Shown here piece after piece: positions 24,217-34,400 of a stretch of 48,222 bases of DNA. Made by a program: the position numbers and the translations under genes. Where the stretch lies: assembly GCA_023135785.1 (NCBI GenBank), contig JAGLSL010000008.1, positions 1 to 48,222 on the forward strand. Direction: 5' to 3'. The notes under the pieces are model-generated. The model was given only the letters and a program-made list of their open reading frames with translations, did not search any database and had not been told where the DNA came from. This DNA is from a bacterium. Its GTDB lineage: Bacteria; CAIJMQ01. Positions within the stretch are counted from its first letter, which is position 1; every line of letters begins with the position of its first letter.

Positions 24217-25554
24217 ATGTCTAATAAGATTGAATCTTTTATGGAAAAAATCATCAAGAAAAATCCTGGTGAACAGGAATTCCATCAGGCGGTAAAAGAG
24301 GTAGCTGAATCTGTGATACCGTTTATTGAAAAGAACCCAAAATATAAAAAAGCTAAGATATTAGAAAGAATAGCAGAACCCGAGAGAGTAATAATGTTCC
24401 GCGTTCCTTGGCTTGACGATAAAGGTGAAGTCCAAATTAACCGCGGCTTCCGCGTTCAAATGAACAACGCTATCGGCCCGTACAAAGGGGGACTACGTTT
24501 TCATCCCACTGTTTATTTAGGACTTTTAAAGTTTCTTGCTTTTGAACAGGTTTTCAAAAATAGCCTAACAACCCTTCCTATGGGTGGAGGCAAAGGCGGT
24601 TCTGACTTTGACCCTAAAGGAAAATCAGATAACGAAGTAATGAAGTTCTGCCAAAGTTTCATGACAGAACTTTGCAGACATATAGGCCCTAACACCGACA
24701 TACCTGCAGGAGATATCGGCGTAGGAGGACGTGAAATCGGCTTCATGTTCGGTCAATACAAACGTCTCCGCAACGAATTCACTGGCATCCTCACAGGCAA
24801 AGGTCTCAACTGGGGCGGTAGCTTAATCAGACCTGAAGCCACAGGTTATGGTTGTGTTTATTTTGTGGAAGCAATGTTAAAACACAAAGGAGATACATTA
24901 AAAGGAAAAACTTGCGCAGTATCAGGTTCCGGTAATGTTGCACAATATACAGCAGAGAAAGTAAACCAGTTGGGAGGAAAATGTGTTACCCTTTCCGACT
25001 CAAACGGTACAATTTACGACCCTAAAGGCATAGACGAGAAAAAATTAGCATATGTCATGGAACTTAAAAACGTAAAACGCGGTCGTATCAAAGAATATGC
25101 TAAAAAATACGGATGCAAATATTCCGAAGGCAAACGTCCTTGGGGCGTAAAATGCGATATTGCTTTCCCATCTGCAACACAAAATGAGATAAGCAAATCA
25201 GATGCAAAAGAGCTGGTTAAAAACGGTTGTATAGCTGTGGGAGAAGGCGCAAACATGCCTACAACACCTGAAGCTATAACAGTCTTCCAGAAGGCTAAGA
25301 TTCTATACGGTCCCGGCAAAGCAGCTAACGCTGGCGGGGTTTCTACTTCAGGACTTGAAATGTCACAGAATAGCCAAAGGCTTCCTTGGTCAAGAAAAGA
25401 AGTTGACAACAAACTTCATGAAATTATGGTTAATATACATCAGACATGTGTTAAATATGGGACAGAAGGTAAATACGTCAACTATGTAAAAGGAGCAAAT
25501 ATCGGCGGATTTGTAAAAGTCGCCGATGCAATGTTAGATCAAGGTCTGGTATAA
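24217..25554 (+). CDS. gdhA: NADP-specific glutamate dehydrogenase
   Basis: 445 aa from MSNKIESFMEK, with RBS GAGGAGG at 24202-24208. GGGKGGSDFDPKGKSD active-site motif and GSGNVAQY dinucleotide fold. Confidence 0.95.
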   Translation: MSNKIESFMEKIIKKNPGEQEFHQAVKEVAESVIPFIEKNPKYKKAKILERIAEPERVIMFRVPWLDDKGEVQINRGFRVQMNNAIGPYKGGLRFHPTVYLGLLKFLAFEQVFKNSLTTLPMGGGKGGSDFDPKGKSDNEVMKFCQSFMTELCRHIGPNTDIPAGDIGVGGREIGFMFGQYKRLRNEFTGILTGKGLNWGGSLIRPEATGYGCVYFVEAMLKHKGDTLKGKTCAVSGSGNVAQYTAEKVNQLGGKCVTLSDSNGTIYDPKGIDEKKLAYVMELKNVKRGRIKEYAKKYGCKYSEGKRPWGVKCDIAFPSATQNEISKSDAKELVKNGCIAVGEGANMPTTPEAITVFQKAKILYGPGKAANAGGVSTSGLEMSQNSQRLPWSRKEVDNKLHEIMVNIHQTCVKYGTEGKYVNYVKGANIGGFVKVADAMLDQGLV

Positions 25555-25591
25555 AAATAAAAAGCGCAAAGTTTGCGCTTAACTCATAGAC

Positions 25592-25635
25592 AAAGGCGTT
25601 CCTATCTATAATTAAAGATAGGAACGCCTTTTTTG
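25592..25635 (+). terminator. intrinsic terminator after gdhA
   Basis: AAAGGCGTTCCTATCT-ataattaa-AGATAGGAACGCCTTT is a 16-bp stem followed by a T-run. It is preceded by a smaller hairpin, AAGCGCAAagtTTGCGCTT (25562-25580). Confidence 0.85.
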
Positions 25636-25654
25636 TCAAAATTAGGAAGAAACT

Positions 25655-26167
25655 ATGGACTTTAGAATATTACTGGAGAAAATAACGCCTGCACTGAAAC
25701 ATATTGCGCGAAAACATTTATTATATGGTTTTTATGATGAGAAAGACCTTTACCAAGAAATGTGTCTTTATCTGTGGCAGAATTACGCAAACGGACTACC
25801 GATAGGCATAAATGAAGCATATGTGATCAAGGGATGCGAATTCCATATACAGAATTTCTTAAGAAAAGGCAGACCCAAAACACCTCTTTCAAGCCTTGAT
25901 AAACTAATATCTCCCGAAGGATTAACTTTGGGCGATATTCTTGAAGATAAAAAAACAAACCTTGAATTAGATATAGATTGCAAACTTACAATTGATAAAA
26001 TAAAAAGCATAGGGTTAAACGACAAAGAACGAAAGGTATTCTATTCTTTGCTTAAAGGATATACTGTTCGAGAGATAGCAAAAGAAATAGGATGTTCACA
26101 TGTTATGGTTATTAAGCATAAAAAGAACATAACAAAAAAATGGCAAAAAAAAGGTTACCAAGAGTAG
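25655..26167 (+). CDS. small sigma-70-family (ECF-like) sigma factor
   Basis: 170 aa. Region 2-like DLYQEMCLYLWQNY and region 4 HTH LNDKERKVFYSLLKGYTVREIAKEIGCSHVMV. Confidence 0.6.
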   Translation: MDFRILLEKITPALKHIARKHLLYGFYDEKDLYQEMCLYLWQNYANGLPIGINEAYVIKGCEFHIQNFLRKGRPKTPLSSLDKLISPEGLTLGDILEDKKTNLELDIDCKLTIDKIKSIGLNDKERKVFYSLLKGYTVREIAKEIGCSHVMVIKHKKNITKKWQKKGYQE

Positions 26168-26236
26168 TATATTTTTACTTAATACCATTGAAACACTCAG
26201 AAGTGTAAAGAAAACAAATTTAGGTAGTTTAGACAT

Positions 26237-26280
26237 AGGCGTCTTATCAATTTAATAAAATTGGCAAGACGCCTTTTTAT
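26237..26280 (+). terminator. intrinsic terminator after the sigma-like gene
   Basis: AGGCGTCTT...AAGACGCCT stem followed by TTTTTATTTTT. Confidence 0.7.
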
Positions 26281-26308
26281 TTTTAAAAAATTAAAAAAGG
26301 AGGGGAAG

Positions 26309-27070
26309 ATGCTAAAGAAGTCAAGGGGAAGGTTTAATGTATTGTCAGTAGCGGTTCTATTTTTAACTGTATTTGTTTCTTCTAATTGTTATGCTCAGGA
26401 AGGATTATTAGAAAATACGGACATAGGGATAAGTTCTGATGTAGGGATCTATTCAAAATACATCTGGAGAGGATTTAAGCTTGACGATGACCCGGTAATG
26501 CAGTCGGGAATTTACACAAGCATTAAAGGACTTACTGTTAGCATATGGGGAAGTTTTGATGTCGGAACAGAAGACAGCTTGAATTCAGATGAAGTTGACT
26601 ATTCAATAGATTACACTTATGAATTCGAAGATTACCTTAGCTTGTCGGTGGGACATAATTATTATGATTTCCCGCCAGCAGATCTATTTACTAAAGAGTT
26701 TTATATCGGCATGGGTTCTAATGTGCTACTTTCCCCAACTCTGACTTGGTATAGAGATTATGGAGACGAAGACAAAGGTGGTGGCGACGGCAGTTACACG
26801 GTTTTAGGCCTAAGTCACAGCTTTCCTTTGGGGGATTCGCCTGTTAGTTTGGACTTGAGCGGACATGTAGGATATAACGATAAACTTTTCATACAGGGCG
26901 AAGGAGGCGATACGGCTTTTAGCATTGGTTTAACTGTTCCTTTAACTGAAAAGATAACATTTAGTCCAAATGCTAATTATTCTATGCCATTCGGAGACCT
27001 CAAAGATGAAGATGACGGGAATCAGGAAGAAGAATTTTATTATGGGTTCACTATGGCATTTGATTTTTAA
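26309..27070 (+). CDS. putative outer-membrane beta-barrel porin (TorF / TIGR02001-like)
   Basis: 253 aa from MLKKSRG, with RBS AAAGGAGGGG. Signal peptide ending in YAQE. Alternating beta-strand pattern, YSKYIWRGF, and a C-terminal F. Upstream of amt, as is common for this family (from memory). Confidence 0.6.
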   Translation: MLKKSRGRFNVLSVAVLFLTVFVSSNCYAQEGLLENTDIGISSDVGIYSKYIWRGFKLDDDPVMQSGIYTSIKGLTVSIWGSFDVGTEDSLNSDEVDYSIDYTYEFEDYLSLSVGHNYYDFPPADLFTKEFYIGMGSNVLLSPTLTWYRDYGDEDKGGGDGSYTVLGLSHSFPLGDSPVSLDLSGHVGYNDKLFIQGEGGDTAFSIGLTVPLTEKITFSPNANYSMPFGDLKDEDDGNQEEEFYYGFTMAFDF

Positions 27071-27091
27071 AAATAGAAAGGAGGATGAAAT

Positions 27092-28462
27092 ATGTTAAAA
27101 ATGTTACATAGAGTATTAAAAGTAATTCCACTAGCGCTATTATTTACTTTCGGATTGGCAATATACGCATTTGCCGATGAGCCTAGTGCAGCAAGTAATG
27201 CCGTAGCCATTAATACCGTCTGGACTCTGGTAGCGGCATTCTTAGTTTTCTTTATGCAGCCGGGTTTTGCTATGGTTGAGGTCGGTTTTACCAGGGCAAA
27301 AAATGCCTCAAATATTTTAATGAAAAATCTTATGGATTTTTCAGTGGGTTCAATTGCTTTCTGGCTGGTAGGTTTTGGGATTATGTTTGGTGCGGATAAA
27401 TTAGGTCTTTTTGGCACCAGCGGATTTTTCTTAAGTGCCGCTAATCCTGCAACAGGGGAAGGCTTATGGCAATTTGCTTACTGGATGTTTCAAATAGTAT
27501 TTGCCGCTACCGCTGCTACCATCGTTTCAGGAGCAATGGCGGAAAGGACAAAATTTCCGGCCTATCTAATTTACTCGGTTTTCATCTGTGCCTTAATCTA
27601 TCCTGTAGTGGGCCACTGGATTTGGGGCGGCGGCTGGCTTTCAAGTAAAGGAATAATTGATTTTGCCGGTTCAACAGTAGTTCATTCAGTGGGCGGTTGG
27701 GCGGCCTTGGCCGGAGCAATATTGCTAGGTCCGAGGCTGGGGAAATACAACAAGGATAAAACCTCTAATGCTATTCCCGGGCATAACATTCCCTTAGCTG
27801 CATTGGGCGTGTTTATCCTCTGGTTTGGCTGGTTTGGTTTTAACGCTGGAAGCACGACTGCCGGCACTAATTTAAGTATTGCCACTATTGCAGTAACCAC
27901 TAATTTAGCTGCTGCAGCCGCTGCGATTACAGCTATGTTTACTGCCTGGAAAAAATTCGGGAAGCCGGATACCAGTATGGCTTTTAACGGAGCATTAGCT
28001 GGTTTAGTAGCCATAACCGCTCCCTGTGCCAGTGTATCCCCTTTGAGCGCGATTATTATCGGGGCGATAGCCGGTATATTAGTAGTTCTTAGTGTTGAGT
28101 TTATAGATAAAGTTCTACATATTGACGACCCCGTAGGAGCAATATCGGTTCATGGCGTTTGCGGTGCTTGGGGTACTCTTTCAGTCGGGCTCTTTGCTCA
28201 AAGTGCTTATGGCCAGTCAAGCGGAATAGGCGCTGTAAACGGTTTTTTCTTCGGAGGAGGATTATCACAGTTTTTTACTCAATTATTAGGCGTGGGTTCA
28301 GTATTCATATGGGTATTTGGAACCGCCTCAATTCTCTTCTTTATTATTAAGAAAACTATAGGATTAAGAGTATCCAAAGAAGATGAGTTGAAAGGTCTGG
28401 ATATTACTGAACATGGCATGGAGTCTTATGCTGGGTTTCAGATATTTACTACAGAAAAATGA
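27092..28462 (+). CDS. amt: ammonium transporter
   Basis: 456 aa. Signal peptide and about 11 TM helices. FFMQPGFAMVE.G, D.AGS.VVH..GG and GVHG.CG motifs. Confidence 0.95.
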   Translation: MLKMLHRVLKVIPLALLFTFGLAIYAFADEPSAASNAVAINTVWTLVAAFLVFFMQPGFAMVEVGFTRAKNASNILMKNLMDFSVGSIAFWLVGFGIMFGADKLGLFGTSGFFLSAANPATGEGLWQFAYWMFQIVFAATAATIVSGAMAERTKFPAYLIYSVFICALIYPVVGHWIWGGGWLSSKGIIDFAGSTVVHSVGGWAALAGAILLGPRLGKYNKDKTSNAIPGHNIPLAALGVFILWFGWFGFNAGSTTAGTNLSIATIAVTTNLAAAAAAITAMFTAWKKFGKPDTSMAFNGALAGLVAITAPCASVSPLSAIIIGAIAGILVVLSVEFIDKVLHIDDPVGAISVHGVCGAWGTLSVGLFAQSAYGQSSGIGAVNGFFFGGGLSQFFTQLLGVGSVFIWVFGTASILFFIIKKTIGLRVSKEDELKGLDITEHGMESYAGFQIFTTEK

Positions 28463-28530
28463 AAAGTACTAGCAAGCGTCCCGGCATTATGTCGGGACTA
28501 CTTGCTACCTTATAATAGGAGGATATTAAT

Positions 28531-28872
28531 ATGAAACTTATAATTGCAATGATACAACCGCACAAATTACCGGATGTAAAAAAAGCGCTCTATGATGCGA
28601 AAGTTTATAAAATGACTGTCTCCAATGCATTAGGTTGCGGGCAACAAAAAGGATTTAGTGAAACTTACCGTGGCGTAATCCACGAAGTGAATTTATTGAA
28701 AAAAGTAAGACTGGAGATAGCAGTTAACAAAGATTTTGTTGAACCAACAATTAACGCAATCATTAAAGGAGCAAGAACCGGCAACATCGGAGACGGCAAG
28801 ATATTTGTTTTGGACTTACAGGAATGTATTAGAATAAGAACAGGGGAACGCGGATATGATGCTATAGGATAA
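28531..28872 (+). CDS. glnK: P-II nitrogen regulatory protein
   Basis: 113 aa. [16 protein letters not shown] and a T-loop with YRG; GDGKIFV...C.RIRTGE. Adjacent to amt. Confidence 0.9.
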   Translation: MKLIIAMIQPHKLPDVKKALYDAKVYKMTVSNALGCGQQKGFSETYRGVIHEVNLLKKVRLEIAVNKDFVEPTINAIIKGARTGNIGDGKIFVLDLQECIRIRTGERGYDAIG

Positions 28873-28947
28873 ATTGTTTTTGAAGGTTACCAAAAGCTCT
28901 GTTTTTTTACTTGTTACAATGTCAAATGTACAAGTCTAAGCAATAGA

Positions 28948-28962
28948 GCACAAGGTTTGTGC
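28948..28962. promoter_or_regulatory. palindromic operator candidate GCACAA-ggt-TTGTGC upstream of glnA
   Basis: Perfect palindrome about 100 nt upstream of the glnA ATG. A second inverted repeat, CTTGTTACA-N8-TGTACAAG, lies at 28911-28934. Confidence 0.5.
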
Positions 28963-29060
28963 AAATGTATAGAAAATAATTTAAAACAAAGTTGTTTTAA
29001 TCCTGATGGGTTAGAACATTTTTTTATTTAGAATTAACAACTTAAAAATGGAGGTTTAAA

Positions 29061-30392
29061 ATGGCAAAGAAAACAAAACAGGACATTTTAAAATTGGTTA
29101 AGGAAAAAGATGTAAAGTTTATACGCTTGTGGTTTACCGATTTATTAGGGCAGGTGAAGAGTTTTTCAATCACAGACAAGGAATTAGAGAATGCGCTTGA
29201 TAATGGTATGGGATTTGATGGCTCTTCCGTTACAGGTTATCAGGACATAGAAGAATCAGACATGATTGCAATGCCTGACCCTGATACATTTGCGGTATTG
29301 CCGTGGAGGCCAACAGAGAAAGCTGTCGCCAGAATGATATGCGACGTATTAAACCCCGACAAGACTCCATATGAAGGGGATCCGCGTTATGTCTTAAAAA
29401 GAGCTCTAAAACGCGCAAGCAAAATGGGTTTTGACCATTTTTATTTAGGGCCGGAACTTGAGTTTTTCTATTTTAAAAACGATATAGGCACAGAGATACT
29501 TGATAAAGGCGGGTATTTCGACCTAACCACACTCGACGTAGCAAGCGATTTAAGGAGAGAAACAGTATTGGCTCTTGAAAAGATGGGTATAGACGTTGAA
29601 TATTCGCATCATGAAGTAGCCCCATCTCAACATGAAGTCGATATGAAATATAAAGATGCGCTCGAGATGGCAGACAACGTTATAACTTACAGGGTTGTCG
29701 TAAAAGAGATTGCAAGTAAATTCGGAGTATATGCCACCTTTATGCCAAAACCTATTTTTGGGCAAAACGGTTCAGGAATGCATGTACATCAATCGCTATT
29801 CAAAGGAAAGAAAAACGCGTTTTTTGACAAAAATACAAAAGATAATTTATCAGATACAGCTCAAAGCTACATAGCAGGTCTTTTAAAATACTCAAAAGAG
29901 ATATGTTCTATCTTTGCGCAAACTACCAATTCGTATAAAAGATTAGTCCCGGGTTTCGAAGCACCGGTATACATAGCATGGAGCCGCAGGAACCGAAGCG
30001 CGCTTGTAAGAGTGCCGCTTTATTATCCCGGCAAAGAAAACGCTACCAGATGCGAATTCCGGGCAGGTGATCCTGCGTGTAATCCTTACATTACCTTTGC
30101 CGCTATGCTTCACGCGGGATTAGAAGGCGTAGAAAAGAAATATAAAGCGCCTAAGCCTATGGACCAGAATTTGTATCATTTAACTGCTGCAGAAAGAAAA
30201 GCTAAAGCTATCGAAACGCTTCCCGATAATCTTGGGAATGCAATCGCTCTAACCGAAAACAGCGAACTTGTTAAAAAGGTTCTGGGAAATCATATCTTCC
30301 CTAGATTCATCGAGCTGAAGAAGAAAGAATGGGACGATTATAGAATTCAAGTTCCTCAACACGAACTTGATAAGTATCTTTCTATTCTATAG
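29061..30392 (+). CDS. glnA: glutamine synthetase, type I
   Basis: 443 aa. FTD..G......I, GPE.EFF, GSGMH.H.S, NSYKRLVPG.EAP and the R.PD...NPY region. Confidence 0.95.
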   Translation: MAKKTKQDILKLVKEKDVKFIRLWFTDLLGQVKSFSITDKELENALDNGMGFDGSSVTGYQDIEESDMIAMPDPDTFAVLPWRPTEKAVARMICDVLNPDKTPYEGDPRYVLKRALKRASKMGFDHFYLGPELEFFYFKNDIGTEILDKGGYFDLTTLDVASDLRRETVLALEKMGIDVEYSHHEVAPSQHEVDMKYKDALEMADNVITYRVVVKEIASKFGVYATFMPKPIFGQNGSGMHVHQSLFKGKKNAFFDKNTKDNLSDTAQSYIAGLLKYSKEICSIFAQTTNSYKRLVPGFEAPVYIAWSRRNRSALVRVPLYYPGKENATRCEFRAGDPACNPYITFAAMLHAGLEGVEKKYKAPKPMDQNLYHLTAAERKAKAIETLPDNLGNAIALTENSELVKKVLGNHIFPRFIELKKKEWDDYRIQVPQHELDKYLSIL

Positions 30393-30448
30393 CAAGCCGA
30401 AAGTTACTGTTATTACTATTATCATAAGCAAATATAATAGATTTTAAT

Positions 30449-31168
30449 ATGAGTTTATCGCAAGAAATCAGCAATTGGATAGAAAAGCAAGTTAAAAACG
30501 CCAATAAAAAAGGTATTGTTTTAGGACTGAGCGGGGGAATTGATTCTTCGGTAGTAGCGGTTTTATCGAAGAAAGCATTAGGCGATAATGTTCTCGGGTT
30601 ACTCCTTCCCTGTAATAGTTCCAACATAGACGAGAGGTTGGCAACGGAACTTGCAAACACATCCAACATAAAAACCAGGAAGATAGATTCGTCCGGCCTC
30701 TTTAATCAGCTAATTAATATAAATCCCAAAGCAAATGACCTGGCTAAAGCCAATTTGAAACCCAGGTTGAGAATGCTGATTTTGTATTATTTTGCTAACT
30801 CATTGGATTATTTAGTAGCAGGTACCGGAAACAAAAGCGAGATAATGACAGGTTACTTTACCAAACACGGTGATGGAGGCTGTGATGTTTTGCCTTTGGG
30901 AGGATTATTGAAAACAGAAGTGAAAAGTTTAGCAAGAGAGTTGAATCTTCCATCTGAAATTATAAAAAGACCGCCAACTGCGGGGCTTTGGGAAGGGCAA
31001 ACAGATGAATCCGAAATGGCTATAACTTATAAAGATTTAGATAAATGTCTTATAGCAATTGAAAGTAAAACTTTTAAAAATCTTAAAGAATCGGACTTAA
31101 AAAGAGTACGGTTGATGATTAAGAAATCACACCATAAAAGAAAAAGAATTCCAATGTTCTATTTTTAA
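30449..31168 (+). CDS. nadE: NH3-dependent NAD+ synthetase
   Basis: 239 aa. SGGIDSS PP-loop and GTGNKSE..TGYFTK.GDGG. There is no glutaminase (CN-hydrolase) domain. Confidence 0.9.
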   Translation: MSLSQEISNWIEKQVKNANKKGIVLGLSGGIDSSVVAVLSKKALGDNVLGLLLPCNSSNIDERLATELANTSNIKTRKIDSSGLFNQLININPKANDLAKANLKPRLRMLILYYFANSLDYLVAGTGNKSEIMTGYFTKHGDGGCDVLPLGGLLKTEVKSLARELNLPSEIIKRPPTAGLWEGQTDESEMAITYKDLDKCLIAIESKTFKNLKESDLKRVRLMIKKSHHKRKRIPMFYF

Positions 31169-31196
31169 AAAGAAATTGAAAAACTTGTTTAAAAAT

Positions 31197-31211
31197 GCAC
31201 AAGAATTGAGC
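31197..31211. promoter_or_regulatory. operator-like site GCACAA-gaa-TTGAGC, 8 nt upstream of the Fis-like gene
   Basis: One mismatch to the gdhA and glnA palindromes. Lies in the 50-nt nadE/Fis-like spacer. Confidence 0.4.
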
Positions 31212-31218
31212 GTTTTTT

Positions 31219-31446
31219 ATGATAGACAATATTTCTGATATATTGGATAAAGATTTTTATGATATAGACGCTGGCAAGATATATGCCAACATGGTCAACC
31301 GTGTTGAAAAAATAGTTATAACAAAAGCACTTGAGCGTTCATGCGGCAACCAGGTTGAGGCATCAAAGATACTCGGGCTACACCGCAATACTTTACATAG
31401 TAAGATAAAGAAGTTTAATATAGACATAATGAAATTTAAAAAATGA
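31219..31446 (+). CDS. stand-alone Fis-type (HTH_8) DNA-binding protein
   Basis: 75 aa. VEKIVITKALERSCGNQVEASKILGLHRNTLHSKIKKFNI matches the C-terminal HTH of the Fis and NtrC families. Stop overlaps the gltB start (ATGA at 31443). The RBS is weak. Confidence 0.6.
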   Translation: MIDNISDILDKDFYDIDAGKIYANMVNRVEKIVITKALERSCGNQVEASKILGLHRNTLHSKIKKFNIDIMKFKK

Positions 31447-34400
31447 ATTCCAGATCTTTTCCTGTTAAACAGGGATTATATGACCCGTGGTTTGAGCACG
31501 ACAGTTGTGGTGTGGGATTTGTCTGCAATATAAACGGGGAAAAATCGCATGATATTGTAAGTAAAGGCATCGAGGTTCTTGAAAGATTAAGTCACAGAGG
31601 CGCCGTTGGAGCTGATCCCGAAACGGGAGATGGCGCAGGCATATTGATACAAATACCCCATAAATTCTTACTGCAACAATGTAAAGAAAACGATATTCTA
31701 TTGCCCAAATTCGGACATTATGGAACAGGATTGGTTTTCCTACCTACCGATAATAAAGAAAAAAACTTCTGCATTAATCTATTCAAAAAAACTGTTAATG
31801 AAGAGGGGCAAAAATTTCTCGGCTGGCGTAATCTCCCTGTAGATAGTTCGGTGATAGGAGAAAGCGCAAAAAAAACCATGCCGTTTATTTCTCAAGTCTT
31901 TATTGGAAGAAATAAAAACTTAAAGACTCAGGCTACATTTGAGAGAAAACTCTATATCATTAGAAAACAAATTGAGAATATTATCCGCTCATCTTCCTTA
32001 AAGCAAAAATCCTGCTTTTATATTACAAATTTATCATCCAAAACCCTAAGTTATAAAGGATTATTAAAACCTTCCCAATTAAGAGATTTTTTCCCTGACC
32101 TAAAGAATAAAACTATAGAAAGTTCTTTATGTCTGGTTCATTCACGATACAGCACAAACACCTTCCCTACTTGGGATCTATCACAACCATTCAGGTTCTT
32201 AGCTCATAATGGAGAGATAAACACCTTGCGCGGAAACATAAATTGGATCAGAGCAAGAGAACGGCTTCTTGTAAACGAATTATTCGGCACGGATATAGAA
32301 AAATTAAAACCAGTTATTGTTGAAGGAGGCAGTGACTCGGCAGCTATTGATAACGTCTTTGAACTGCTAGCGTTGTCAGGCAGACCTCTTGAGCATGCAA
32401 TGATGATGCTTATTCCTGAAGCTTGGGAGCACAACGATTTTTTAAATAAAGAACTTGAAGATTTTTATAAATACCATGCCTGCTTTATGGAGCCATGGGA
32501 CGGTCCGGCTGCAATAGCGTTTACAGATGGAAAAAATATCGGAGCAATACTAGACAGAAACGGACTTAGACCTGCGCGTTATATTGTAACCAAGAATGAT
32601 TTTGTGGTAATGGCATCAGAGGTCGGAGTTCTCAATATAGACCCTGAAGATATTAAGACCTCAGGAAGACTTGAGCCGGGTAAAATATTCCTTATTGATA
32701 CCCAATCCGGACGCATAGTGCAAGATTGTGAAATTAAAAAGAAAGTCTCTATGTCTTCTCCTTATGGTAAGTGGAATACTGCGAATATGGTTAACCTCGA
32801 TAAACTTATTACCAGCGGCACAGGTAATAAAAAATCTGAAGATATCATGTCTCAACTAAAAGCCTTCGGTTATTCCAGAGAAGATTTAAAAATGATTATA
32901 AAACCTATGGCAGAAGACGGCAAAGAACCTACTGGTTCCATGGGGAATGATACTCCTCACGCATTTTTATCAAAAAAACCTCAAATCCTTTATAACTATT
33001 TCAAACAACTTTTCGCGCAAGTAACAAATCCTGCCATAGACTCAATAAGAGAAAAACTTGTTATGAGTCTGGAAAGTTTTGTTGGACCTGAGAAAAACAT
33101 CTTAGAGGAAACACCGGAACATAGCCATAAACTTACGGTAAAAAATCCAATACTAACAAACGACGAGTTTGAAAAGATTCGCGATATAAGCATAAACGGG
33201 TTCACATCAAAGACACTCTATACTTTCTTCAATGCGGCAGACGGTCAGGAGGGATTTAGGCTTACTTTAGAAAGGATTTGCTTTGAAGCAGAATATGCTA
33301 TTGAAAAGGGATATTCTTTTATCGTACTCAGTGACAGAGGAACAAACAAAGATAATATAGCTTTACCAATGCTTTTGGCTACAAGCACCATTCATCAACA
33401 CCTTGTAAGAAAAAATATACGTTCGCAGGTCGCAATTATAATCGAAAGCGCAGAACCACGGGAAGTACATCATTTTGCGCTCCTTTTCGGTTACGGCGCA
33501 GATTGTATAAACCCATACCTTGCATATGAAACAATAGAATATCTCATAGAACAAAAGGAGATTAACGTAGATATTAAAAAAGCGCTTGCAAATTACAACC
33601 AAGCACTAAGAAACGGCATATTAAAAATACTATCCAAGATGGGAATATCCACCTTAAGAAGTTATAGAGGCGCGCAGATATTTGAAGCATTGGGTTTGGA
33701 TAACGAGCTTATAGAAAAGTTTTTTACCGGGACAGTATCGAGAATAGGAGGGGTAGGACTTGAAGGCATAGCAGACGAAACCATAGAAAGACATAAATTC
33801 GCCTATCCTAAAAGAGGTATGACAGCCCCCTATCTGGCAAGCGGCGGAATATACCAATGGAAAAAAGATGGAGAATTTCACCTTTGGAACCCTGAGAGTA
33901 TCGCTGCGCTGCAGGATGCTACGTGCAATAATGACTATGCTCTATACAAAGAATTTGCAAATATGATCAATGACCAATCAAAAAACCCTACGACTTTGAG
34001 GGGACTGCTTAAATTTAAAAAAGGAAAACCAATTTCTATTGATAAAGTTGAACCTGCCCGAAAGATAATGAAACGTTTCGCAACAGGAGCAATGAGCTTC
34101 GGCTCAATCTCCAAAAAAGCGCATGAAACAATCGCAATTGCCATGAACAGAATTGGGGGGAAATCCAATACCGGTGAAGGCGGTGAAGACCCTAATAGAT
34201 TTATAAAATTACCAAATGGAGATTCCAAACGAAGCGCTATAAAGCAAGTTGCTTCCGGTAGATTCGGAGTTACTATTAATTATTTGGTAAATGCAGACGA
34301 GATTCAAATAAAAATTTCCCAAGGAGCAAAACCGGGTGAAGGCGGCCAACTTCCCGGACATAAAGTAAGTGAAATTATTGCAAGAACGCGCTATACAACT

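Noticed and set aside
28873-29060. GlnR/TnrA (TGTNA-N7-TNACA) or NtcA (GTA-N8-TAC) boxes, or a glutamine riboswitch, upstream of glnA
   Set aside because: I checked the TGT-containing candidates one by one and none satisfies the spacing or half-site rules. TACA-N8-TGTA at 28915-28930 has inverted polarity. No glnA-RNA-like conserved elements were recognised.
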